This document shows, in pieces, positions 21,494-34,737 of a DNA stretch of 64,000 nucleotides. Numbering within the stretch: position 1 is the first letter of the stretch; every line of letters begins with the position of its first letter. Source of the DNA: Eledone cirrhosa (Eukaryota); assembly GCA_964016885.1 (NCBI GenBank), contig OZ024743.1, positions 364,560,001 through 364,624,000 of the forward strand. Direction: 5' to 3'. Position numbers and translations under genes: made by a program. The notes beneath the pieces were generated by a model. It ran no database searches. It worked only from the letters and a program-made list of their open reading frames with translations, and was not told the origin of the DNA.

Positions 21494-24400
21494 ACCCCAT
21501 ACCCCTCCCACCCGCCCCCACTCTCCACCATTATTATTAGGACCAATCATAAGTCAGCGGCCTATGCTATCACTTCTGGTTGCTTTTCGATATGATGGAT
21601 GGACTAAGGAATTCTGGAGAGTCTGAAAAATCTGGACACTCAGTGACAATGCCAAAAATAAAGACAAATTCACCTCATGCTGCTGGACGAAAAGGCAAGG
21701 ACACCCCCTCTTTGTTTCGGCCACGGATGGCCAACATAACCCAAACCCCATCCCCCTCAACCCTCACAGCGCCCCACCGTTCCCACCAACCAAACGCAAT
21801 CCAAAACTTCAGAGTTGGTACCATGAATGCGACCTTAAAAGGTCGCTCTAACGAGGTTGTAGAAATGCTTGAATGTAAGGAGCTTGATGTTTGCTGTATC
21901 CAAGAGACCAGGTGGAGGGGTGGGTCTGCTAGATTCATTGTGGGTAAAAAACGATGCTATAAGCTTTTCGGGGGTGGGGGGGTGGGGGCAATGGGCTGGG
22001 GGGGGGGTAGGAATCATGTTAGCAGAAAAATGGGAAGATAAGAGAATAGATGTAAATAGAGTGAACGACAGAATAATTAAAATGAGACTTGTCCTAAATG
22101 AGACTTGTCCTACTGTGACAGTAATATCTGCGTACGCACCCCAAGCCGGACTGCCTGGCGCTATAAAAGACAGATTCTATGAGACATTGATGCTCACTAC
22201 CTCCCAAATAACCAACAGTGACTACATAATTATTGCTGGCGACCTAAATGGTCACGTTGGACAACATTGTGACGGCCATGACGGAATCCATGGAGGCTGT
22301 GGGTTTGGTACTAGAAATGAGGAAGGCTCCAGAATCCTGGAATTCTGTGATGCAAATAACCTAACTGTCTGTAACACTAACTTAAAAAAACGAGACAATC
22401 ACTTTATCACCTATAGATCAGGGGAACACACCAGTCAGCTAGATTATATCCTTACCAGAAGACGTGATAGAGTGTCTGTTGTAAACACTAAATCGCTCCC
22501 CCATGAAGAATGCACCTCCCAACATAGACTCATAGTCAGGACAAGACGTACTCGACAACAGAGGAGGACTATCCTCAGGAGAAAAATATGGAAGCTAAAG
22601 GACGCCACAGCCAGTAATAAATTTAAAAGCATATTACTTGATGCTTTTGACAGTAAGGAAGAGCAATTAGAGTCGTACAATATAGAGGAACAGTGGGAAT
22701 TCCTGAAAGCTAACCTGCTGAAGGCGGCAGATGAAGTCTGTGGCTGGAGCAGGCCTATAGGCAGATGAAGTCTGTGGCTGGAGCAGGCCTATAGGCAGGA
22801 GGAGAGTAATGTGGTGGTGGAACAGTAAGGTGGAGGAGTCAATTAAGGCCAAAAAGCAGGCTTGGAAAGTATGGCGGGATGGGGGAAGTAGAGAAGACTA
22901 TCAAGTGGCCAGGAGGGAAGCTAGGAGACAAGTATACTTCGCAAGAAGGGAAGCAAAGGAAAGAAAATTCAAGCATGTTCTACAACGCGAGGACCAAAAA
23001 CGTGAGGTGTTCAGGATTGCTAGGCAATGTGTCAAGGAAAACCGTGATATTGTCGGGGAGAAGTGTGTCCTTAATGATGATGGTGTACTTGCCATCACTA
23101 ACACTGATAAGAAGGTAGCTTGGAAGTGTCACTACGAAAGGCTACTAAATGAGGAGAATAAATGGGAGAAAGACAGTCTCCCCCACATCGATTCAATAGA
23201 GGGACCAGCAGTGCTAGTTGAAGGTAGTATAATAAGTAAGGCAATCAAAGATATGAAGAGGGTAAGGCGGCTGGGCCTTCAGAAATAGTTGCTGAAACGC
23301 TGAGAGCATCTGGAACGGTGGGACACACTATGGTCACCCGGATAGTAAACCAAATCATACAGAATGGGGCCGTTCCGAAGGACTGGCATAGCAGCATTGT
23401 CATTAACTGCTACAAGGGTAAAGGAGATGCCCTAGATAGGGGTAACTATAGAGGCATTAAATTAATTGACCAGGTCATGAAGGTCACAGAAAAAGTAATA
23501 GCGCAACTAATCAGAGAGCGAATTGATCTAGATGAAATGTAGTTTGGGTTTGTGTCAGGTAAAAGTACTACAGACGTTCTTTTCATTGTACGACAACTAC
23601 AGAAGTACCTAGCTAAAAGTAAACCCCTTTACTTAGCTTTTGTTGACTTGGAGAAAGCCTTTGACAGAGACCCCGCTCCATTATCTGGTGGGCTCTTAGA
23701 AAACTAGGTGTTGATGAATGGCTTGTGAGAGCTATACAAACCATGTATAAAGAAACAGTCAGCAAGGTTAGAATTAACAACGAATATAGTGAAGTGTTTA
23801 GCTTAAAAGTTAGTGTTCATCAGGGCTCCGTTCTTAGCCCCCTACTATTTATTATTGCCCTTCAGGCTATAACAGAGGAGTTCAAGACCGGCTGCCCATG
23901 GGAACTCCTATATGCAGATGATCTAACGCTCATAGCTGAATTAATGGCTGAACTAGAGAAGAAATTCCAAACATGGAAGCATGGCCTAGAATCAAAAGGC
24001 CTTAAAGTTAACTTGTCTAAGACTAAGTTCTAGTTTGTAGGAAGGAAAATAGGGCACCGGTCCCATCTCAGAAATGGCCATGCTCAGTGTGTAGGAAAGG
24101 AGTAGGCAGAAACTCCATTTTATGTCCCAAATGCAAAGTATGGGTGCATAAAAGATGTAGTGGGATCACAGGTAAGCTAACTAAGAACATAGATTTTATA
24201 TGTGGCCGGTGCTCAGGTACAATAAGTAGCAGCAAGTGCCCACTGAATACTAGCTCATTCCATTGCACAGATGGTTCTATAGAAATAGTGGACACCTTCC
24301 GTTACCTGACAAAATCAGCAGTAGGGGAGGGTGCTCTGAAAGTACAGTAGCTAGAGTCAGAACGGAATGGAAAAAGTTCAGAGAGCTTATACCATTATTG

Positions 24401-25380
24401 GCCGCTAAAGGGTTCTCTCTAAAAATGAAAGGCAAGCTGTATGATGCCTGCATACGGACAGCAATATTACATGGCAGTGAGACCTGGGCATTGTGTGCAG
24501 AGGATATACACAGACTGGAGAGGAACGAAGCTTGCATGCTCCATTGGATGTGTAATAGTAATATACGTGAACGGCAAAGCATAAACGAACTAAGGGAGAA
24601 ATTAGGAATAAGAGGGATCAGATGTTGTTTACTCGAGAGAAGACTACGTTGGTATGGTCACGTGATGCACATGAAAGACGACAGCTGTATAAAAAAGTGT
24701 AGGGCGATAAAAATAGACGGTAGCCACGGAGTAGGCAGACCCAGAAAAACCTGGGACGACTTGATAAATTCTGACCTCACACACTTACACCTCTCCAAGA
24801 CAATGTCACTGGACCGAGATCTTTGGCGCTACGCAGTAATACAGAAGACCCGCCTTGCCTAAGTACAAAGCGAGACCTACAGTCAGTAGGTACCTCTAAC
24901 AAAAATACACCTCCGTCCCACTACCCCCCCCCATCCACCCCACCCCCCTTAAATGTGAAGTTATATTGGTACCACAATATCCACTCCGAAACAAATGAGG
25001 TCGTGTAGGTGTCACAACAAAAAAACACACAGTCCACGCTGTAATATGGCCGTGTAGGTAATAGAGTAAAAACCTCCCAGTCCACGCTGTAAACGTGGTT
25101 GGTGTTAGGAAGGGCACCCAGCCATAGAAAATTCGCCAGACGTGTAGGTGTCACGACAAAAGAACACACAGTCCACGCTGTAATATGGCCGTGTAGGTAA
25201 CATGGTAAAAACCTCCCAGTCCACGCTGTAAACGTGGTTGGTGTTAGGAAGGGCATCCAGCCGTAGAAAACCCGCCAGACAGTCCTATATGAGCAGGACA
25301 ACCAATCTTGCCTCAAGTGGGAAAACTCCCGTCCAAACCCATGCAAGCGTGGAAGATGGACGTTAAACGATGATGATGAT
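21494..25380 (+). mobile_element. Near full-length but disabled RTE LINE copy
   Basis: Colinear with 15915-19621; several frameshifts, stop at 23539-23542, 34-bp duplication at 22726-22793, 139-bp 3' UTR duplication, (GAT)n tail. Confidence 0.93.
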
Positions 25381-25519
25381 TATATATATATATAGCTGTG
25401 AATGCAAATGAAATAAAAGAACAATCTACACAATGTGGAAGTTGAGTATCTTCTTTTACTTTTCTCAAGTGCACTTGATGGTTGATGATTTAGGCATGCT
25501 TTCATCATGAAACTGCAGC

Positions 25520-27420
25520 ACAGAGTTAAGTTTGTTAATATACATCTTCTTTTTCACTAACTTATTCCTGAGAGGGTTGTGGGGGCAGAGTCCTCAAACA
25601 CTCCTTCCAGTGGTTCCTGTCAGAAACAATGTTTCCAACTGATTGGGCTGGATCCCCAAGTGAGACCAGCCAAGTTCATGGTTGTTATCCAACCATCTTC
25701 CTCAGAGTTCACCTCTGGGTCTCCTGCCAGTTGGTTTTTCCCGTAAAATTTGCCCAGCGATTCTTTACACATGCCTGTAACTGTGGTCTCTCAATTCTGA
25801 GTAGCAGTTCTACCTGGAATGATTCTCTGACCTCCAAGCTATGCACTTTATCAAGTAATGTTACTCCAAAGACACTTTGGAGGAACACCATTTTAGCCGC
25901 TCGTATTCGCGATCCTATTCTTTTAGTCATTACTCAAGATTCACGACCATAGGTAAGGGTTGGTATGAATACCAAATTGAGGATAGCAAGTTTGGCATTT
26001 ATGCCTACTTCCCTTCTTCTGATTCCTACAATTCTTGCACTTAATTCAGCCTCCTGCCTTCAATCAATCATGAACATGGCCCAGAGATACTTGAATTTCT
26101 CCACCTGCTTCAGTGGAATTCCATTCACATGTAGAATGCACTGTGCAGGCTTTCTGAAGAGGATAAGTGTCTTAGTTTTTGCAGCACTGATTTTCATTCC
26201 AGCTATGCATTCCAGCCACTTGGCATCAAACCTATCAAGTGCAAGTCAGAGATCATCTTCTGTCAAGTTCAGCCGATTGATTTTACACCTGTCAGTCACA
26301 ATACCACTTCCAACCTGGCTGCACATATCAATCCTGTTTGTGAAAATAATTGTTTCTACTTTTGGCACAAGGCCAGCAATAACCCAGTTCATTACTGGTA
26401 CTTTATTTTATCGACCCGGTAAGGATGAAAGGCAAAGTTAACCTCAACGGGATTTGAACTCAGACCATAAAGGGACATAACTATGCTGGAAAGCATGGCG
26501 TCTGACATAATGAACAGGAGAGGTGACAGTATGTACCATTGAGGGAGTCTGTCTCCGACATTGAAAGGTTTCGATTTGGCACCATTTATTCGAACACAAA
26601 TACTCGGGCATTCGTATAAAGACAAGAACCAGACCACTAATTCCATACTCCTGTACAGCCTTCCACAGCAGGTTCTAAGGAACACAATCATATGCCTTTA
26701 CAAGGTCTACAAAACAAGAATATACCTCTTGGCAATAATCCCACAATTTCTCAAAGACATGCTGCTGTATGAATATTTGGTCACCTGTGCTGCATCCGGG
26801 GTGAAAACTACACTGTTCATCAGCTAGCTTGGACTCAACAATCTCCCTACATCTTTTTGCCAGACACTTAACATAGACTTTACTAGGGACACTTAAGAAA
26901 GAGATCCCTCTGTAATTGTAACAATCTCTCTTGTCTCCCTTTTTGACTCCCAATTGCCATTACTTAGGTACCTTTCCCAACCACCCAGCACGCACAAGTC
27001 AGCTAGAGAATATGTTCTCTATTTAAAGCTTTTAACATCTCAGGCCGGATTTCATCTTCCCCAGTGGCCTTGCTATATTTGAACTCTTTAACTGCTCTTG
27101 TGACCTCAATTTCCAAGAGATTAGTCACTGCTCCCAGATGCACTTCATGTACATCAGAAGATGCTGTTGTGATTGGGTTTAGGAAATCAGTAAAGTATTC
27201 TCTCCACCTCACAAGGATGCACCACTCTGAAGAGAGGAGAACCCCAGACCCATTCCTGATAGCAGGTGTGGAGGAGGGACTTCCTATTACGATGTCAGTG
27301 GATGGTCTCCCAGAACAATTTATTTGTTGATCCAGCTTAACCCCAAAGTCTTCGCGTGTTTTAACTTTGGACATCTTTACTGTCTCTACTGCAATTCTTA
27401 GTGACTGCTTGTCTAAAACC
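25520..27420 (-). mobile_element. Decayed RTE-clade LINE of a different family
   Basis: KATGEDEIRPEMLKALN, KKGDKRDCYNYRGISFLSVPSKVY, CFVDLVKAYDCVP, ILSPLLFI; interrupted by a SINE. Confidence 0.85.
26345..26505 (-). mobile_element. tRNA-derived SINE inserted in LINE
   Basis: Reverse complement of the shared SINE core. Confidence 0.85.
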
Positions 27421-28460
27421 ACTTATTGTTGGGAGTTTCCCACCATTGTCCTGTCAAGAGACAAGTATGATAAACGTACATACCACTTGACTTGTGACCC
27501 CAGCTTCTTGACAGATGAAACACACATGGCTACTCATAGATCAACCCATATATACATCCTTCTAGCTATAGGGTTATTATAAATACAAGTACTTAGGGAA
27601 TCCACCAGGGAGACCATGAAGCAGCAGTCCATGAAGGTTAACGATGTAGCAGACATAGTGATAACACAGACAAGAGAAGAAAGTTCTGCTAACACTGAAA
27701 TTTCTCTTCACGAAAACCAGTTTGTTTACTATGCTCTCACATTTCATACCAGCTCATACAGATTGACCACTACTACAAGGAATAATGAATACTAAGGATA
27801 GACACACACACATAGTAGGTTTCATTATACTGTTTACATCTATGCTTTGTCTATTCTTTCAGCTTGTTATTTTACTTCTATTATATCGTTGTATTGATAC
27901 ATGCATACCCGCTAGCTCAAAGTAGCTAGTCAGCAAATAATGTAGTGATAATTGCTGTCACAATTTTATTACTCGATATTCGATGTACCAACAAGTGAAT
28001 ATTTTTATTGTAAAATAAACATTGTCAACATCACAATTCTGGCATTATTCTTTTTATCATTCACCCTGAAAAGAATACTATTATCCACTACATAATGGTA
28101 ACCCCGACGGGATAATCTGCAGTAACTAACCCTATTATGTAATTAGCATAGAACTCATGCATAACTACCATAAGAACCCCCCATATATACACACACACAT
28201 AAATACTTGTGCAAGTATGGATGTCATTGCATGTGTGGATTTATATGTTTTGACTTATGTACGTCTACATATACATGTCTATGTATACACGTATAAACCT
28301 CTGAAACATTTATATATATTCTACTGTGCTATCAATGGCTTGTAGCTGTAATTCCAAATTATCAAAGTCTTTTTCTGTTTTTTTTTAGTCCTAGCCTCTC
28401 ATTATTAATACTGAGACTGAATTACATAACCAATTACCTCAATAATTACAGTAATAAATG

Positions 28461-28595
28461 TAATAATTGTTTCTACTTTTGGCACAAGGCCAGCAATTAC
28501 CCAGTGTATTACTGGTACTTTATTTTATCGACCCCGTAAGGATGAAAGGCAAAGTTAAGTTGGCGGGATTTGAACTCAGAATGGCAAAGGCCGTA
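28461..28595 (-). mobile_element. tRNA-derived SINE, 5'-truncated
   Basis: Reverse complement of the shared SINE core. Confidence 0.85.
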
Positions 28596-28779
28596 GTAAT
28601 AATATAGTTTGGGTGGAATAACTGAATATTTCGCATTAGTTCAACATATTTTCTTTTTCACTAATCTTTAATGTTATATGAGTATCAGCTGGGCAACTGA
28701 CTTTGTCTGTCTCTCTGAATATATGTTTTGTCTCTTTCTCTTAATTTTGAGTTTATTTTTTACCAACCACCTTTTCAGT

Positions 28780-29065
28780 AGCAAGGTCGTAAAGAAAATA
28801 AAATCTTTGTCATTGTTTGTGTAATTTTTCATCTTTTGAATCATAAGAAGGTTTTACAGATTTTAAAGGTTCCAGATATTGTGGCCATCTGTAGCTTATG
28901 AATTAAGGAACTGTGTTCTTTCTCCATGAATCTTGACATACTTTGGTCCAGGCAACTTGGTATATATCCTGTAGCTCCAATAATATTAGGTATAAAATTG
29001 AATGTGTATTTTGGATACAGGATCTGCAAATGCCTTATCAATGGTCTATAGATATCCTCCTCCTA

Positions 29066-29066
<1 letters not shown>
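28780..29066 (-). mobile_element. 3' remnant of RLE-encoding LINE (R4/Dong-like)
   Basis: LIRHLQILYPKYTFNFIPNIIGATGYIP...KLQMATISGTFKICKTFL resembles the C-terminal restriction-like endonuclease of R4-clade elements. Confidence 0.6.
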
Positions 29067-29096
<30 letters not shown>

Positions 29097-30042
29097 TTGT
29101 TTGTGTGCTTGTGTGTGTATATGCGTGTATGTATGTATGCATGTATGCATGCATAAGGACATAGAAATACTTGGTTTGGTGCCCGAGCACATGGTTAGCC
29201 CACTACGAATGAGAGACCCCTTGTTAGAACATAATTCTAGAAGAAAAACTCTGATGTAAAACCTGCAGCTCAATGGTAGCCAATGATGTTGACATATTCT
29301 TTTGTTTTGTGGTGGTGCTGGTTGTGATGGTGGTGATAATGACAATGATGATGATGATGATGATGAACATGGGAAAATTCAAAATCAATTAGTCTGAAGC
29401 TAACAGACAACTTGAAATATTTGTAGTTTTGTGGTGCAATGTTTTCTAATCAATTTCAAATGCTTCACTCATGCTGAAAGACAAGTTGAACCGGGTAATT
29501 TCTGTTTTTCTGAATCAGTTGTTCTGTAAGTCTGATATGTATTTTAATTTCTCTTTAAATCCAATTTTCCTCAAAGAAACATATAATACTGAAAGGCCTG
29601 ATCAATATATTTTTGATATATTGCATATTTTCCTGCTAACTGTATGGCAGATACAGGCATGGATAAGTGGTTAAGAAGTTTTCTTTGCAATAATGAGGTC
29701 CTAGGTTCAATACTAGTGTGTGACATCTTGGGAAAATGTCTTTATCAAAGTCTTGGGTTGACCAAAGCCTTGTAAGTAAAATTGTATAGATAGAAACTGT
29801 GTGGAAGTCAGTGAGATTGAAGGTGCCTGTAATTTAAAGGTTTACCCTTGTCGTGTATTGTGTTTCACTGATTTCACTTGGGAATTACATTAAGACTACA
29901 CATGTCTGTGGAATACACAGCCATTTACATGTTAATCAAACAACTCAGATATTCAGTTAATCAAGCAACTGAATGCTCAGTATTGAAACTGATGCAGGTT
30001 CTATCACTATCATCATCAGATTCTCTATGATATTTGAATTTC

Positions 30043-30147
<105 letters not shown>

Positions 30148-30329
30148 TCACATTAATGTTCTCCTTAATCAAGGTAGGATTTATAACCATTTTAAAACTC
30201 AATCTTGAAAGTCCCAAAACAAAGGAGGAAGCCATTTAGTGTAAGGGACTATGAAGAAGAAGAAATTAAGATGAAAGGAATTAATTTACTTTAGACTTGG
30301 AAGAGTTCAGGTCATAAGAAGGAGGAAAA

Positions 30330-31400
30330 CAATGAGATAGAAGATAGTTCCAAAGTCTGGCAGTTTGATGAAAAAATCTATGACCGTAGAAAGACTTCCA
30401 TATTCGTGGAAACACAACAGCATCCAGATGAAGATGTTATGAGTTTCAAGTTAGGCAAGATGGCACAATGGGATCTGGAACCAAAAGAGAAAGTTCATCC
30501 GAGCACTTCCTGTAGTAATAACAAGGGTTGCAGTGTTGATGCAAGAGAGGGATCAATGAAATTAGACTTGCTTCTGAACAGGTTGAGGAGGTCCAATTGA
30601 CAAAATGGTGCACCTGCCCAAATAGGACAACAGTATTCTATACAAGGACAAATTGTGGACTTGGAAAGATACAAAATGGCCTCGGATGTGAGGTAGTACT
30701 TTGACCTATATGATGACTTAACATTATGGGAAGTAAACCCTTCAATTGATTGTATGTAAGAACCCCAAGGAAGATCAAGTGAGAAAGTATGAACAAGCAA
30801 TTTCAAAGAAAACCCTTCCTCAAGTGGTTTGATTGTCTCACTATGTGAGATCCATAACTCATGTAAACAAGAGAAAGATAGGGATCCCACCTCCTACCAG
30901 AGGACATGGAGTCTGGTCTTGCCAGGGTTAAAAGTTACCAGCCAGTTCATGCCCTATTTCTTGATAGTCTACAGATCCGCTTCAAGGTTAGGATTGAATT
31001 CCAACCATTTCATAGGAGAGGGATTGCCAGGAAGACCAGAATAAAGAGTAGTATCATCAGTATAAATGTTGATGAATTGAAGAACATTGGCAAGTAGATC
31101 ATTGATGTAGAGGAGAAATATAGATGAACCAAGAATAGAGCCTTGAGGAACACCAGCATTGATAGAATACTCAGAAGTAACACCTTCCAGATTCACACAT
31201 ACACAAGACCTTTCCACATACACACTAGGCAGAGAGCTTATGGAGTAAACCAGCATGCCAAACTTTATCAAAGGTTTTGGATATATCAAGAGCAATAGCA
31301 AGACCTCCTGATTTATACATACATCGGTAGATGCAATCTGTAATAACAATGAGGAGATCAGCAGTTGGATAAGAGCCATGAAAGCTATACTGAACATCAA
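30330..31400 (-). mobile_element. Decayed CR1/Jockey-group LINE RT
   Basis: IALDISKTFDKVWHAGLLHKL, NAGVPQGSILG, LYINDL, IYTDDTTL, LSKSTICPCIEYCCPIWAGA. Confidence 0.85.
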
Positions 31401-31772
31401 CAAGGAGACCCAAGCTTTCCAGAAACTAAACCAACCTATTGTTGATGAGTCATTCAAAGACCATGCTAACATCTGAGAGGAGACTAACAGGACAGGAGGC
31501 TTCTCTGCAATAACAAAAATATCCCTCATGTGACCACAATATGTATGTTTTCCAAATGAGAAAACAACACGTGTTTAGTGGGCAGAATGAAGAAAGTAAC
31601 AGGTAGATGGGCGACAAGTTAAAAGGAGTGTGAGAAATAGCTCACCAACTAGCCTATCAGTTTTACTCAACCACAAAGGAGTACAGAAAAATTATCATAT
31701 ATATATATATATATATATATAAGAAATGAATACAAGGAGTTTAAAACCGTTAGAACATGTTTATATAACAGT

Positions 31773-31814
31773 GCGCCTACGTACGTTTCGCCCGGAATGG
31801 GCTTATCAAGGGCT
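31773..31814 (-). ncRNA. Minimal hammerhead-like motif with variant core
   Basis: Minus: agccc-TTGATAA-gccc(attcc)gggc-GAAA-cgtacg-TA-ggcgc; perfect stem II, palindromic ACGTACGT stem III, weak stem I; about 50 nt from a (TA)n tract. Confidence 0.6.
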
Positions 31815-31979
31815 TGGAAAACAAAAAAATTCATCAATACAGGACCCAGGAGGGATTTCACGGGTAAATTAACATCAGAGTTCATTCTTCTCCTGCATGC
31901 ATATGTTGTTATTATCGCAGAGCAGGGGGGGGGGGGGGGGGGGTTTCAATATATATATGTGTGTGTGTGTGTCTGTGTG

Positions 31980-32240
31980 AAGGCGCATGGCTTAGTGGTT
32001 AGAGTATTGGGCTTGCAATCGAAAGGTTGTGAGTTCAATTCTCGGACCGGGCTATGTGTTGTTTCCTTGAGCAAGACACTTTATTTCACGTTGCTCCAGT
32101 TTACTCAGGTGTAGAAATGAGATGAAGAGGTACTGGCCTGCCCGCCCAGCCAGTGGGATGGCATTATCTTATGGCTAAAACAGCATGACGTGCTGTGACC
32201 AGCGGCGCCGAATGGACGCCCGACAGACTGGTCGGTCAAG
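31980..32240 (+). mobile_element. tRNA-derived SINE, second family
   Basis: A box TGGCTTAGTGG, B box GAGTTCAATTC, body gtttccttgagcaagacactttatttcac. Confidence 0.75.
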
Positions 32241-32334
32241 GTGATATATATATATATACATACTTATAAATAGCTGTAGATGCAGGAAATAACTGTAAAT
32301 ACAGTCAACTGCTATAAATAATAGCTTAGAAAAT

Positions 32335-32910
32335 GCGGATTTGTCCCAATTAGCAGAGAGGTTGCGCCTCATTGATGCTCATCCCATGCTCCTCCTCTCG
32401 AGGAACTGTTTCACCTTCCCCAAATTCACTTTCACGCTGCGTGATGCACCTTGCCACCCCCATGCAGATCTTCTCGGGGAACTTGATGCTACCATTCGAT
32501 GGTGTGCAGAACTCATCTGCAATGTCAGTTTCGACAGCACAGGTTGGCAACAGGCACCACTCCCTGAGAGGTTCGGTGGCCCCAGCTTCCGATCAAGTTC
32601 AGGCCTAGCTTTACCTGCCTACCTCTTCTCTATCTCCTCCTGTCACACTCTCATCAGCAAGGTTTTCATTCAGATGGCCGAACCTGACCTGGTCCCTGAC
32701 ATGGAACCGGCTCTGAGCTACTAGATAGGTGAAGGCCTCTCTATCCCTCAGTATATCATGGTCCAATGTAACTGGGACGACATTAATTGCAGGTTTCTAT
32801 CAGGCGGATTGAGTCTGGCTTGGACCAACGCTGCCTCCACTCCACTTCAGCCCAACAGTGGTGCGTGGCTCTTTTGGTGCCCTCCTCATCAATTGGTACC
32901 TTTCTCCCCT
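32335..32910 (+). mobile_element. CRE-clade non-LTR retrotransposon fragment
   Basis: LRLIDAHPMLLLSRNCFTFPK...WQQAPLPERFGGPSFR...LALPAYL; homologous to 40090-40400. Confidence 0.75.
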
Positions 32911-33066
32911 GCACTCTCCCCTCTCTTCTGCGACACCGGAGCTCTTGCCATCCCCTCCCCTTCCCATTCTTTTTCTCTTTTTCCTCTATATTTCCCTATT
33001 CCTTCTTTCCTTTTGTTTCTTTTTTTTATATTATTGCGGTTATTATAGTTGTCATTATTATTATTA

Positions 33067-33104
33067 CTAGCAGAAAAACCACCCTTTGGGTGGTTTTCTG
33101 CTAG
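33067..33104. repeat. Short near-perfect hairpin with CTAG ends
   Basis: ctagcagaaaaaccaccc-ttt-gggtggttttctgctag. Confidence 0.8.
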
Positions 33105-33865
33105 CATGTGTAGTGTGTATATTGATATTATATGCAGGTATATATACATGTAGATATGATACATCAAATAAAATCGTAATTGACAATATATAATACATAG
33201 AAATTGAACGAAGACTGCGTTACACTGTCTTATTTAATCAGTAACGTAATCCATGATACGTTAAAAAAAGACGATATTATATATAAACTACATTAGGAGA
33301 AAATTAGTGACAGAAAATTAGTATGTTTATTTAAGCGATGGCCAACCGGAAGTGTTGACATTTCAGAAATTTTAAAGAAGTGAATCTTTAAATAAACAAA
33401 ATATATTTAATCAACAGCTACGAAATTTAGTAGATAAATTATGTAATATTCATTCATTATTTATTGAAAGTAATCCTACTTATTTTACTAATGGGATAAA
33501 AAATTATAAACCGTATGCAGTCCCGTGCTCCTTGTTACTGTAAATAATATCATGTTTATACAGTTTTTATCACATTTTCTCTAGTTTAATAAACTTTGTA
33601 ATCTGATAAACTAGAAAAAAAAAAGGGAAAATACTCTTATGGACAGAAATAAGTGCCCAGTGAAGGCCATTGAGAGAATAGATTGATCTGTCATCTGGCA
33701 GACCTTACAGAAATTTAATGTAGAATAATGATTTTTGAGAGTAGTACAAGTCATGTACAGAAGAGATGTTAGTAAATTCCAAAATTTTGGAACAGAGTAG
33801 AAAGGATTAGGAATAAGGCAAATAAAATAAACTCATGGTATGATAGCAATAAATACCAGAGTGTA

Positions 33866-34378
33866 ATGTTCGTCAATACAACCGCTAAAGGGGAACTAGC
33901 TTACAGATTTAGAAGGGCCCTAGACAAGCTCAAATTAAATATTAAGATAATTGAAAGACCAGGTATTCCCATAAAAACCCTAATTAGCAAAACATACTCA
34001 TTTCAAAGATCCCCCAGTGTTGATAGGAAATGTATAGTCTGAAAAACTAGGAATGTAGTATATAGCATAAGATGTACTGAGAGATAGTGTAGGAATAAGA
34101 ATATAACATACATAGATGAAACAGTCTGTAACATAGGAAAAAGGATATGTGAATACTGGCGAGAACTCCAGGATGGGAAAAACTCATCAGTACACCAACA
34201 TGCCAAAATATTAATAGAACATAGGGGCACATTAGAGAACATAGAGATTAAAATTATATCCACACACAGAAAAGATGCAATGTTCAGACAAATCACAGAG
34301 GTGACAAATATAAACAAACTCCAACCAAAATTAAACAGAAAACACGAGTGGAATAGCAACATCACAACTAGTAATTAA
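33866..34378 (+). pseudogene. Penelope-like element C-terminal GIY-YIG endonuclease remnant (not in ORF track; two in-frame stops)
   Basis: Manual translation MFVNTTAKGELA..IKIIERPG.PIKTL..CIV*KTRNVVYSIRC..*C..TYIDET..NIGKR..E..SSVHQH..DAMFRQITE..LNRKHEWN. Confidence 0.8.
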
Positions 34379-34538
34379 GGACAAAATGAAGACAAGTAAA
34401 TAAACACATAAATAAATAAAAATGCATACACACACACCCAGATGTAATGCATGCGCAAACTTAGCACACAACACACAACACACAAAAACAAGATGGTGTA
34501 GGACAGAACAAAGGAGAGACACACAAAATAAAAACCTA

Positions 34539-34581
34539 GTCACTGAGGAGGTCACCGAATGTGTGATGAAAGAGCTTTGAC
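34539..34581 (+). ncRNA. Minimal hammerhead-like motif downstream of PLE endonuclease
   Basis: gtca-CTGAGGA-g-gtcac(cgaatgt)gtgat-GAAA-gagc-TT-tgac; 160 nt after the GIY-YIG stop, same strand. Confidence 0.6.
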
Positions 34582-34704
34582 AATATATAAACAACCTTTT
34601 GGTTATCAAACCAACCAACCAGCCAACCAGAAATTTATAATAAATTGAAGTGAAAACCAACAGGTGCATGTGTTTTTATTGGCAATATGACACACCTAAA
34701 GTAT

Positions 34705-34737
<33 letters not shown>

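Noticed and set aside
31980-32055. tRNA gene
   Set aside because: A and B boxes are present but no complete cloverleaf, and it continues into a multi-copy SINE body.
33330-33360. Promoter suggested by CCGGAAGTG
   Set aside because: No adjacent exon; the motif alone is common and may belong to a decayed DNA transposon.
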